From Nanobdellota archaeon (lineage in GTDB: Archaea > Nanobdellota > Nanobdellia > Pacearchaeales > GW2011-AR1): DNA of 64,000 bases. The stretch covers positions 52,769 to 116,768 of the forward strand of contig JBBSXB010000001.1 of the NCBI GenBank assembly GCA_038046005.1, in the 5' to 3' direction. This document shows positions 1 to 7,521 of the stretch, one piece after another. Within the stretch, counting starts at the first letter, position 1, and each line of letters begins with the position of its first letter. The notes under the pieces were generated by a model. The model searched no databases. It saw nothing but the letters and a program-made list of their open reading frames with translations, and was not told the origin of the DNA. Made by a program: the position numbers and the translations under genes.

Positions 1-295
1 CTCCAATTTTTGGATTACTGCCCGCCCCAAGTCCTTGCGTTAACTCCCGGCCAATTAATATTTTTTGATCAGCGCTGGCATAAAGCAAATCTTGAGCATC
101 TGTATTAATAGCTATTAATTCTCCTCCCTTAATTCCAATTTCTTTCATTCTGCTTAGAGAATTATTTCCTCCACCTCCAACTCCCACAATTTTTGTTCTT
201 GCTGTTTGCTTTTTTATAAGCTCTGCTAACTCTTTATCAATTTCCCTAAGTTCTGGAGAAAGATCCGAATCATCTCCTTTAACCATATAACCCAT
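1..295 (-). CDS. ftsZ: Cell division GTPase FtsZ, N-terminal part (gene continues past window start)
   Basis: Reverse-strand translation from ATG at 293-295 gives MGYMVKGDD...KIVGVGGGGNNSLSRM...IAINTDAQDL...GLGAGSNPKIG, i.e. the FtsZ G-box/T1-T4 tubulin signature. ORF is open to position 1. Confidence 0.8.
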   Translation of the reverse strand, partial: MGYMVKGDDSDLSPELREIDKELAELIKKQTARTKIVGVGGGGNNSLSRMKEIGIKGGELIAINTDAQDLLYASADQKILIGRELTQGLGAGSNPKIG

Positions 296-326
296 TCACA
301 CAAAAAGAAATCTCAATTTATAAGTA

Positions 327-1007
327 TTATTGTGCTGTTTCTTCAACCTTAATCTCTTTCACTTCCTTAACTGCCAAAAGCTTTACTTCTAAATCAAGGT
401 CAAGTATTTCCCTGTATTTGTCTTTGAAAAGAACAATGAATTTTTCCAGTTCTGGCTCAACTTCTAAAGTTATCTTTTTTCCGTAGATGTCATATTTTAT
501 TTCTCTTCTAAACAAGAAGTCATTGAAAGCTTTTATTTTTTCGTTTAAATCTGTGACTTTCCTTAAAACCTTTACGTTGTAAACAACATGTTTTCCCGCT
601 AAAGGATTGTTAAAATCTACAATTACCCTCCCTCCTGAAGAAGTTATTACTTTTCCAACCCGATTATCAAAGTTAAAAACAGCTCCAGGCACAGGATTAA
701 GATTTTGTTGGATGAATATTTTTAAAGGAATAACTTGGACAAGTTTCGTGTCTCTAGGCCCAAAAGCATTTTCAGGGTCTAATGAGATTTCATACTTTCC
801 AATGTCTTTTCCAATTAAAAAATCCTCAACTCCCTTGAAAAACATTCCATGGCCTAACGCAAAAATGAACGGCTTTGCTTCAATTGGATTGTCATGGCCG
901 TGATGAAGCTTCTCAAGATCTTCTTTTATGTTGGAATCAAACACTCCTCCATCTCTTAATTTTCCCGTAAATTGCACTTCAATAAAGTCATTTTTTTGGA
1001 ATGGCAT
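327..1007 (-). CDS. FKBP-type peptidyl-prolyl cis-trans isomerase (long archaeal FKBP with IF-domain insert)
   Basis: 226 aa. N-terminal FKBP fold motifs (DGGVFDSN, FIFALGHGMFFKGVE) and a C-terminal extension, as in archaeal FKBP26/SlyD-like PPIases. Confidence 0.75.
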   Translation of the reverse strand: MPFQKNDFIEVQFTGKLRDGGVFDSNIKEDLEKLHHGHDNPIEAKPFIFALGHGMFFKGVEDFLIGKDIGKYEISLDPENAFGPRDTKLVQVIPLKIFIQQNLNPVPGAVFNFDNRVGKVITSSGGRVIVDFNNPLAGKHVVYNVKVLRKVTDLNEKIKAFNDFLFRREIKYDIYGKKITLEVEPELEKFIVLFKDKYREILDLDLEVKLLAVKEVKEIKVEETAQ

Positions 1008-1057
1008 GAAAATACCTGATTAAAAATCTTTATAAATGTATTTTTTTTAGGTAGATT

Positions 1058-1444
1058 ATGACTTTAAGAATAATCAATGCAATAGATGCCAAGACTGGAA
1101 CTAATATCATCATAGAAGGGATGGCCTATACCGTGAGAAAAATTGACATAAGCAAGACGGGAAAGCACGGAAGCTCCAAGTGCAGAATAGAAGCTGTCAG
1201 CATGATTAATGATCAAAAAAAAATAATTGCTGTTCCCGGGCATGAAAGATTTGATGTGCCGATGGTCAATAAAAACAAAGCACAAGTTCTTTCAATCGGA
1301 GACAAAGTAAGTGTCATGGATTTGGAAAATTTCGAGACTATAGAATTAGAGTGCCCTGAAGAATTAAGATCACAGATTGCAGAAAATGACAATGTTGAAT
1401 ATTGGGATATAAATGGGGAAAGAATAATAAAGAGGAAATTTTAA
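1058..1444 (+). CDS. eif5a: Translation initiation factor 5A (aIF5A) with hypusine-site motif
   Basis: 128 aa. STKTGKHGSSK matches the eIF5A hypusination loop (Lys in GKHG). OB-fold C-terminal half. Confidence 0.85.
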   Translation: MTLRIINAIDAKTGTNIIIEGMAYTVRKIDISKTGKHGSSKCRIEAVSMINDQKKIIAVPGHERFDVPMVNKNKAQVLSIGDKVSVMDLENFETIELECPEELRSQIAENDNVEYWDINGERIIKRKF

Positions 1445-1445
1445 A

Positions 1446-1733
1446 ATGATAAATCTATTAGACTTATTGAGCAGAAGAGAGGGTGATGAAAGACGAATAG
1501 AAAGAGCTAAAAGTGAAGATGGAAGCTATAATATTGTTGAGAATTATTTGCAAGAGGGAAGGTTACTAGGAATTATTCCAGTAGTTGTTGAAATTGAAAG
1601 AACATATTTTCCAGCAGGAAGAGTTTTTGCAGCAATAAATCTTGGACATAAAGAAAAAGTTAAAATTAAAACTAATTTTTCAAAAGAGTATAGGAAACAA
1701 TTAAATAAACTAAAAAGTGTAACTAATTATTAA
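1446..1733 (+). CDS. Hypothetical protein (95 aa), translationally coupled to aIF5A
   Basis: ATG 1 nt after the aIF5A stop codon. No recognisable motif. Confidence 0.4.
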   Translation: MINLLDLLSRREGDERRIERAKSEDGSYNIVENYLQEGRLLGIIPVVVEIERTYFPAGRVFAAINLGHKEKVKIKTNFSKEYRKQLNKLKSVTNY

Positions 1734-1736
1734 AAC

Positions 1737-1898
1737 ATGGCAAAAATACCTGAAGCTCAGAATAGAATGTTTAAGAATGTGTTTGTATGCAAAAGCTGCC
1801 ATACAAAAATTAGAGCGAACCCTCAAAAAATACTGAAAGGCAAAGTTAAATGCAGAAAATGTAAGAAGAGAGCATTTAGGCCTTTGAAAAGAAAGTAG
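1737..1898 (+). CDS. rpl40e: Ribosomal protein L40e
   Basis: 53 aa ORF below the track cutoff: MAKIPEAQNRMFKNVFVCKSCHTKIRANPQKILKGKVKCRKCKKRAFRPLKRK. Basic protein with a C-x2-C...C-x2-C zinc ribbon typical of archaeal L40e. Starts 3 nt after the previous stop. Confidence 0.7.
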   Translation: MAKIPEAQNRMFKNVFVCKSCHTKIRANPQKILKGKVKCRKCKKRAFRPLKRK

Positions 1899-1959
1899 CT
1901 AGATTAATAAACTTTCAATATTTGTTTTTATAAATTAGTTAAATAAAAAGAGGATAAAA

Positions 1960-3372
1960 ATGAGCTATATGATTTATGATCTTATTTTGTTGGGAATATT
2001 CATAATTGCAGTTGGAAGTTTTTTATACAGAAAAAGAGAAAATTTGAAGAAGGAAGGTTTGCTTTTTCTTTACAGAGCAGAGTGGGGAATAAAATTAATA
2101 AACAGCGTAGGGAACAAGTATAAAAAAACATTAAAATTTTTGAGTTACATTTCAGTGATATTAGGGTATCTGCTCACTGTAGGAATTCTTTATCTTACTT
2201 ACTCTATTGTTAAAATTTATATATTGCATCCTGAAGTTGTTAGTGCTATAAAAGTCCCGCCGATAACACCATTGATTCCCTACATTGACAAGGTTGTTCC
2301 TTTCTTGCCTCCTTTTTATTTCACATACTGGATAGTAATTTTAGCGATTGTCGCAATAAGCCACGAATTCGCACATGGAATTTTTGCAGTTTATAACAAA
2401 GTGAAGATAAAAAAAACAGGATTTGGATTTTTCCCATTTTTCTTGCCAGTATTTTTAGCCGCTTTTGTTGAGCTTGACGAAAAAGTTATGGTAAAAAAAT
2501 CAAATTTTGCGCAAAGAGCGATTCTTGCTGCAGGAACATTCGCTAATGTAGTTACTGCAGTTATATTCTTTATAGTTTTAGGATTATTTTTCATGGCAGC
2601 TTTTCAGCCAGCAGGAATTACTTTTGATGATTATTCTTATTCTGCTTTAAGTGTTTCATCAATACACTCAATTAATGGCGTCATAGTAGTCAACACTTCT
2701 GAAGAAGGTCTTCAAAAATTAATAAAAAATGCTTCTTTCAATGAGATTGAGGCAGGAGGGAAAAATTATGCCGGTATTAAAGGATTTTCAAGTGATGGGA
2801 AAACTATAGCTCTTTATGATGATTCTCCTGCAATAAAAGCAGGATTAAATGGTGCCATAACTGAAATTAACGGACAAAAGATAATGAGTGTAGATGCTTT
2901 GTCTCAGGAATTATCCAAACATAATCCAGGAGAAAGTGTAATCATAAAAACAGAGACAAGCAATGGAACCAAGAATTATAATATTACTTTGGGACGAAAT
3001 CCTGCTAATTCTGGGAAAGTTTGGTTGGGAGTTGGTTTTTTGACACAAGAAACGAAGGGATTTTTCAATAAGGTTTTTGCATCAATTTCTTCCTTTAAAA
3101 AACCTAATATATACTACAAGTCAGTAATCGGAGAATTTGGATGGTTCATATACCACTTGCTTTGGTGGCTCATACTAATAAGTTTCAGCGTCGCATTGGT
3201 TAACATGCTGCCAATAGGAATTTTCGATGGAGGAAGATTCTTTTATCTAACAATTTTAGCAGTTACTGGAAAAGAAGTTTGGGCCCGAAAAATCTTTAAG
3301 TGGGTAACTTGGCTTTTCATACTTCTGTTGATAGTTTTAATGGTTTTTTGGGCCTTTGCAGTTATATTCTAG
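1960..3372 (+). CDS. Site-2 protease family (M50) membrane zinc metalloprotease with PDZ domain(s)
   Basis: 470 aa polytopic membrane protein. HEFAHG zinc-binding HExxH in a TM helix. Central soluble region with PDZ-like sequence (GIKGFSSDGKTIALYDDSPAIKAGLNGAITEINGQKI). Second-TM LDG-like motif. Confidence 0.8.
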   Translation: MSYMIYDLILLGIFIIAVGSFLYRKRENLKKEGLLFLYRAEWGIKLINSVGNKYKKTLKFLSYISVILGYLLTVGILYLTYSIVKIYILHPEVVSAIKVPPITPLIPYIDKVVPFLPPFYFTYWIVILAIVAISHEFAHGIFAVYNKVKIKKTGFGFFPFFLPVFLAAFVELDEKVMVKKSNFAQRAILAAGTFANVVTAVIFFIVLGLFFMAAFQPAGITFDDYSYSALSVSSIHSINGVIVVNTSEEGLQKLIKNASFNEIEAGGKNYAGIKGFSSDGKTIALYDDSPAIKAGLNGAITEINGQKIMSVDALSQELSKHNPGESVIIKTETSNGTKNYNITLGRNPANSGKVWLGVGFLTQETKGFFNKVFASISSFKKPNIYYKSVIGEFGWFIYHLLWWLILISFSVALVNMLPIGIFDGGRFFYLTILAVTGKEVWARKIFKWVTWLFILLLIVLMVFWAFAVIF

Positions 3373-3425
3373 AAGGTTTTTTAAACTGCAAAGAATTGTT
3401 ACAACGATATAAAAAAGTGGTGAAA

Positions 3426-3737
3426 ATGGGAAAAATTTCAGAAAAACAATATACTTTTATGGTTGCAATTGTTGGGATTTTGATAGTTTTATCATTATTC
3501 TTAATCTTAAGTGACTTTATTGAATTTAGAACAGGAAACGTTGCAAAAGACGTTCAAGGAAAAAGGGAATGTTTTGTTGGGACCTGTAATACTTATTACA
3601 GATGCGGCGAAGCCGGAAGTTTACAAAAGAACACATGCACAGTAAATAAAGAAAGCGGGACTTGTGATCCCATAGAACCACCAAACACATGCCAATTTGT
3701 TGAAGAAGTTTGTAACACGAAGAAAGTTATTTGTTGA
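3426..3737 (+). CDS. Small membrane-anchored cysteine-rich protein (about 103 aa; start taken at internal Met)
   Basis: N-terminal hydrophobic anchor (FMVAIVGILIVLSLFLIL) followed by an ~65-aa domain with 10 Cys (CFVGTCNTYYRCGEAG...CTVNKESGTCDPIEPPNTCQFVEEVCNTKKVIC). The track ORF 3300.. starts within the preceding gene, so the start was moved to 3426. Confidence 0.4.
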   Translation: MGKISEKQYTFMVAIVGILIVLSLFLILSDFIEFRTGNVAKDVQGKRECFVGTCNTYYRCGEAGSLQKNTCTVNKESGTCDPIEPPNTCQFVEEVCNTKKVIC

Positions 3738-4049
3738 TTATCTAGAAGGAACATATTCTGCTTCCCAAAAAGAACCTTTACAGCCTTTCAAAGATAATAA
3801 TTTTAAGGCATTCATTAATTCAATTTGTTTTGTATTACCAAAAGTTAATTTTTCTAAACCTCTTTCTATATCTTTTATCCTGATAATTTTTCCAGAGTGA
3901 GTTTCGACATGAGGATCACGATTACTGTCTGGACCTAATGGAAAAACAGCAAAATACCCCTTTATTTCCAAGCCTATTATCAAACTTTCTCTTTCAGAAT
4001 CACTTAAATTTTGGTAAGTATCCCAATCAATTTTCATTTCACAAATCAA
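3738..4049 (-). CDS. Hypothetical protein (103 aa)
   Basis: ORF immediately downstream of two co-oriented small ORFs. No recognisable motif. Confidence 0.35.
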   Translation of the reverse strand: MICEMKIDWDTYQNLSDSERESLIIGLEIKGYFAVFPLGPDSNRDPHVETHSGKIIRIKDIERGLEKLTFGNTKQIELMNALKLLSLKGCKGSFWEAEYVPSR

Positions 4050-4095
4050 TAACTCCTTCTTCCGAAGTGTTTCACGGAGTAAACCTTCGCAGAAA

Positions 4096-4446
4096 TTATA
4101 AGTCTATGACACCCTCTTTTGTCAATGCAGCAAATCTAATTCCAACTGGAAAATTTATCAGCGCAGAAATCAAAGCCATGTGCTCTTTTCCTTCTCCAGA
4201 AGCTAAACTCAAAGCTACTTCCATGCCGCTAATTTTTCCCTTGAGTTTTTCTGAAAATTCATCTCTAAGCTCTTTTATTTTTTTGCTAAAATCTACCTTA
4301 ATAAATTCAAATGGTTTTTCATGCTTGAATTCTTTTGCAAAGTCATCTCCAAAAATAATTATCTTATCCCATTCTCCATACTTCATTAAACCAGAAACCT
4401 GCGCCCAGGTTCCCTTCCCAGTTGATAATAAAGCTACGAGTTCCAT
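4096..4446 (-). CDS. Hypothetical protein (116 aa)
   Basis: Start codon 1 nt after the stop of the upstream ORF 4448..4645 (coupled, or a frameshift-split gene). Confidence 0.4.
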   Translation of the reverse strand: MELVALLSTGKGTWAQVSGLMKYGEWDKIIIFGDDFAKEFKHEKPFEFIKVDFSKKIKELRDEFSEKLKGKISGMEVALSLASGEGKEHMALISALINFPVGIRFAALTKEGVIDL

Positions 4447-4447
4447 T

Positions 4448-4645
4448 TTAGTCTATTTTGGCTGTTTCTGTAATAAGTTTAATTAATCTAGACTGATCTG
4501 CTTCAACTTCACCTACTGTTTTTCCATCAGCTATTCTTTTTTGAGTTAGATGCGGTCTTGGATGGCCGTAATCTGGGTCGTTGCAGTATGCACAATTTGT
4601 TGGACAGGGAGTCCACTCTTGAGGATTATATTTTTGATTGTTCAT
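4448..4645 (-). CDS. Small protein with CxxxCxxC motif (65 aa)
   Basis: TPCPTNCAYCNDPDYGHP carries a C-x3-C-x2-C triad resembling a radical-SAM or Fe-S ligand spacing, but the protein is far too short for a radical-SAM fold. Confidence 0.35.
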   Translation of the reverse strand: MNNQKYNPQEWTPCPTNCAYCNDPDYGHPRPHLTQKRIADGKTVGEVEADQSRLIKLITETAKID

Positions 4646-4797
4646 TTTAAAAAGACAATAGTAGGATTTTTAAGCATTATTGTGATTTTTAAATTAGTAA
4701 TCTTTATAAACCGATTTTATCTCAAGATTTAGTCGTTTGAACCATATCGTCATGGGATATATTCTATGTTCATGGCGCATAATCTGGGAGACATACA

Positions 4798-5427
4798 ATG
4801 GAACTTGAAGAAGAACTAAAGAAAGCTCTGATAGAGCTAAGGAAAGGAAAAGAAAGAAAGTTTGATCAAACAGTTGACTTAATTGTAAATTTGCAAAAAT
4901 TCAACATAAAAAAAGATTCTGTAAATATTTTTGTTAACCTCCCCCACAAGATAAAAAATAAAAGAATAGCTGCTTTTTTAGAATCAAAGAATTCTGCCAT
5001 AGACACAATAACACAAGATGAGTTCAAAGGTTATAGTGATAAAAAATCTTTAAAAAAACTTGTGAAAAGATTTGATTTCTTTATTTCCCAAGCCAGTTTA
5101 ATGCCAAAAGTAGCCACTGTTTTTGGAAAAGTTTTGGGACCTGCTGGAAAAATGCCTTCCCCCCAACTTGGAATAATTATGAATGTTGATCAAAAAGCCC
5201 TAGAGGAATTAAAGGAAAAAATAAACAAAAGCGTAAGAATAAAGACAAAAGAAGCAAGTATAAAAATTTCAATAGGAAAACAAAGCATGGAAGATGAAAA
5301 GATAATTGATAATATAGTTACAATTTATAATTCTCTGATAAAAGCTCTTCCTAAACAAAAAGAAAACATAAAAAATGTAGAAGTTAAATTCACGATGACT
5401 AAACCCCAGAAAATAAGAATAAAATGA
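4798..5427 (+). CDS. rpl1: Ribosomal protein L1 (uL1)
   Basis: 209 aa. FDQTVDLIVNL and GPAGKMPSP motifs. GGGAGA SD-like sequence upstream. Overlaps the P0 start (ATGA). Confidence 0.9.
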   Translation: MELEEELKKALIELRKGKERKFDQTVDLIVNLQKFNIKKDSVNIFVNLPHKIKNKRIAAFLESKNSAIDTITQDEFKGYSDKKSLKKLVKRFDFFISQASLMPKVATVFGKVLGPAGKMPSPQLGIIMNVDQKALEELKEKINKSVRIKTKEASIKISIGKQSMEDEKIIDNIVTIYNSLIKALPKQKENIKNVEVKFTMTKPQKIRIK

Positions 5428-6251
5428 AATCTAAAGAAACAAAAAGAAAAATTCCAAAGAAAAAAATTGCTGAAGTTGAAAGTTTGAAAAACCTTATAAA
5501 AAGCAAGAAAACAATATTGATTGCATCTATAAAAAATATTCCCGCCTCGCAATTTCAAGAGATATCCAAAAGCCTGAGAGGAAAAGCTGTGGTTAAAGTC
5601 CCAAAAAAAAATCTAATAATAAGAGCCATAGATTCCTCTGACAAAAAAGAATTAGAAGAATTAAAAGAAAGCATAAAAGAAAATACTACAATACTATTTT
5701 CGGATCTTGATGCATTCGATCTCGCTGCTGAGCTGATAAAAAATAAGAGTTATGCTAAGGCTAAAGCCGGCCAAGAAGCGCCTGAAGACATAGAAGTCCA
5801 GGAAGGGCCGACAGAATTAATTCCCGGACCAGCTATAAGTGAACTTGGAGCTCTGGGAATACAAATCCAAATTGAAAAAGGAAAAATCCACATTAAACAA
5901 TCAAAAATTATTGCAAAAAAGGGCGAGAAGATTTCACAGCCAGCCGCTGAAGTAATGGCGAAGCTTGACATCAAACCATTTGTCATATCCTTAATCCCAC
6001 TAGCTGCTTTTGATAATACCGAAAACAAAGTTTACAAAGAGATAAATATTGACCCAGAAGGAACTTTGAATGGATTGAGAAACGCTTTCACAAGATCTTT
6101 GGCATTTGCAGTAAGTATTGCATACACTTGCCAGGGCACAATAAAATTACTTATAGCAAAAGCAGGGAGAAATGAAAAGGCTATTGAAAATTTGATGGTA
6201 AAAACTGATGTTCCGCAAGTAAATTCCGAGGAGGAAATTAAAAATGAGTAA
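5424..6251 (+). CDS. rplP0: Ribosomal stalk protein P0 (uL10). Short form lacking the conserved acidic C-terminal tail
   Basis: 275 aa. uL10 N-terminal domain (IASIKNIPASQFQEISKSLRGKAVVKVPKKNLIIRA). Ends ...VNSEEEIKNE without the EE-rich/GLSALFG tail seen in P1 downstream. Confidence 0.85.
   Translation: MKSKETKRKIPKKKIAEVESLKNLIKSKKTILIASIKNIPASQFQEISKSLRGKAVVKVPKKNLIIRAIDSSDKKELEELKESIKENTTILFSDLDAFDLAAELIKNKSYAKAKAGQEAPEDIEVQEGPTELIPGPAISELGALGIQIQIEKGKIHIKQSKIIAKKGEKISQPAAEVMAKLDIKPFVISLIPLAAFDNTENKVYKEINIDPEGTLNGLRNAFTRSLAFAVSIAYTCQGTIKLLIAKAGRNEKAIENLMVKTDVPQVNSEEEIKNE
6217..6234 (+). repeat. Direct repeat copy 1 (AAGTAAATTCCGAGGAGG) at the 3' end of P0
   Basis: Identical 18-mer recurs at 6578..6595 (3' end of the inserted ORF). 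Both copies encode VNSEE and supply the SD for the next gene. Confidence 0.7.
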
Positions 6252-6603
6252 ACAAGCGCTAGGAACATTTCCAGGATTTGATGAAGAGTTAGAAAGACTT
6301 AGAACCTTAGGACACGAAGCAATAATCTTGGGAAACAGAGAAGAAGTTCGTAGGATACTTAACGAAGATGTATATAATTTTTTATTCCAACAAGATCAAT
6401 ATCAAAGACAGCTTTATAGAACATTTAAAAACTTTGCCGAAGAGAATCCTGAACTAAAACCAATTGTAGGGGAATATTTATCAAAATTAGAACAAAGCAT
6501 CAGAAATAGGGCAGAAGCATTAAATTCTTGGAGTAATGATGTTAGGGGAAATCTAAAACTCTTTGAAGATTCAATAAAAGTAAATTCCGAGGAGGGAAAA
6601 TAA
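6244..6603 (+). CDS. Hypothetical protein (119 aa) inserted between P0 and P1
   Basis: Overlaps the P0 stop by 8 nt and the P1 start by 1 nt. Strong SD (GAGGAGG) 10 nt upstream. No recognisable family. Flanked by an 18-nt direct repeat. Confidence 0.5.
   Translation: MSKQALGTFPGFDEELERLRTLGHEAIILGNREEVRRILNEDVYNFLFQQDQYQRQLYRTFKNFAEENPELKPIVGEYLSKLEQSIRNRAEALNSWSNDVRGNLKLFEDSIKVNSEEGK
6578..6595 (+). repeat. Direct repeat copy 2 (AAGTAAATTCCGAGGAGG) at the 3' end of inserted ORF 6244..6603
   Basis: Exact 18-nt match to 6217..6234, 361 nt apart. Brackets the inserted ORF. Confidence 0.7.
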
Positions 6604-6893
6604 TGGAATATATATACGGAGCTTTATTGTTACACAAACTTGGAAAAGAAGTTAGTGAACACAATTTGAAAAGTGTTATTGCGGCTACAGGAGCGCATAC
6701 AGATGAGGGAAAAATAAAATCCCTTATTGCAAGTTTGAAGGGTGTTGACATAGATTTAGAATTAGCAAATGCTAGTTTAGTTTCGGCCGCACCTGCTCAA
6801 GGAAGTGCACCTGCACACGAAAAGCACGAAGAGAAAAAGCACGAAGAAAAGAAAGAAGCTGCTGCAGAAGGATTATCTGCTCTATTTGGTTAA
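6603..6893 (+). CDS. rpl12: Ribosomal stalk protein P1 (L12e/aP1)
   Basis: 96 aa. MEYIYGALLLH N-terminus, Ala/Glu/Lys-rich linker, C-terminal EGLSALFG tail. Confidence 0.9.
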   Translation: MEYIYGALLLHKLGKEVSEHNLKSVIAATGAHTDEGKIKSLIASLKGVDIDLELANASLVSAAPAQGSAPAHEKHEEKKHEEKKEAAAEGLSALFG

Positions 6894-6969
6894 TTTTTAT
6901 TTTAAGAGCAGGTAATCACAGACTTAGTTATAACACTATAGTAATTCTTAAAAAAGGTCGAAATTTATT

Positions 6970-7269
6970 TTGTGTATGGTTTTGATTTACAATTTGAGAT
7001 GTGGAGAGGATTTAGTCTTTAAACACGAAGGTAAAGTCACTCGATTATCTTTATTAGAGAAAAATGTTGATTGGGCCCTATTTTCACTTCAAAATGGAAG
7101 CAAGCCAGAACTTTTAGACATAGATTATAGAACTCACTACCAAATTGATGGACTTCCGCAAACCGATTTTTATCCTAAAGTAAGCCTAAAAACAAAAAAT
7201 AATAAAGTAGATATTTGGGTAAGTGTACCTCCATTTGTTCGTGTTCATGTTGAAAGAGATAGAAAATGA
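6970..7269 (+). CDS. Hypothetical protein (99 aa)
   Basis: ORF with ATGA overlap to a downstream 47-aa hydrophobic ORF. No motif. Confidence 0.3.
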   Translation: MCMVLIYNLRCGEDLVFKHEGKVTRLSLLEKNVDWALFSLQNGSKPELLDIDYRTHYQIDGLPQTDFYPKVSLKTKNNKVDIWVSVPPFVRVHVERDRK

Positions 7270-7409
7270 AAAAGCTAGATGTTTTCAAAGTCATGGCATT
7301 GCTATTTTTCATGTCAATATTGTTCACGCCTCAGCATTCTTTTGCCTGGCTTTATTTTGCAATTCCAGGATTAATATTCGGATTCTTGTGGTTTAAAAAA
7401 CTAGATTAA
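7266..7409 (+). CDS. Small hydrophobic protein (47 aa)
   Basis: MKKLDVFKVMALLFFMSILFTPQHSFAWLYFAIPGLIFGFLWFKKLD. Two predicted TM segments. ATGA-coupled to the upstream ORF. Below the track size cutoff. Confidence 0.25.
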   Translation: MKKLDVFKVMALLFFMSILFTPQHSFAWLYFAIPGLIFGFLWFKKLD

Positions 7410-7410
7410 G

Positions 7411-7420
7411 TTTATTAATA
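7411..7420 (+). promoter_or_regulatory. Putative archaeal TATA box (TTTATTAATA) for tRNA-Thr
   Basis: AT-rich TATA-like element centred about 27 nt upstream of the tRNA 5' end. Confidence 0.3.
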
Positions 7421-7442
7421 GTATTCTTTTTTGTTATTTTGT

Positions 7443-7515
7443 GCCTCTGTAGCTCAGTCAGAAGAGCAGTTGCTTCGTAAGCAAAAGGTCATGGGTGCAA
7501 ATCCCATCAGAGGCT
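7443..7515 (+). tRNA. tRNA-Thr (anticodon CGT)
   Basis: Hand-folded cloverleaf: acceptor GCCTCTG/CAGAGGC, D-stem GCTC/GAGC, anticodon loop TTCGTAA, T-arm ATGGG-TGCAAAT-CCCAT, discriminator T. One G-A mismatch at the top of the anticodon stem. Confidence 0.75.
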
Positions 7516-7521
7516 TCTAAA

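Noticed and set aside
607-1285. Track ORFs 607..903 (+) and 1064..1285 (-)
   Set aside because: Antisense to the well-supported FKBP and aIF5A genes, with low-complexity translations. Spurious.
3300-3425. Upstream part of track ORF 3300..3737
   Set aside because: Overlaps the 3' end of the S2P protease gene in another frame. The hydrophobic-anchor Met at 3426 is the plausible start.
4448-4645. Calling the CxxxCxxC mini-ORF a radical-SAM enzyme
   Set aside because: At 65 aa it cannot form the TIM-barrel radical-SAM fold. No SAM-binding glycine-rich motif follows. Kept only as a motif observation.
7495-7521. GTG start of track ORF 7495..9465 (MQIPSEASK...)
   Set aside because: Lies inside the T-arm and acceptor stem of tRNA-Thr. 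The downstream ATG at 7522 with a GAGG upstream is the credible start.
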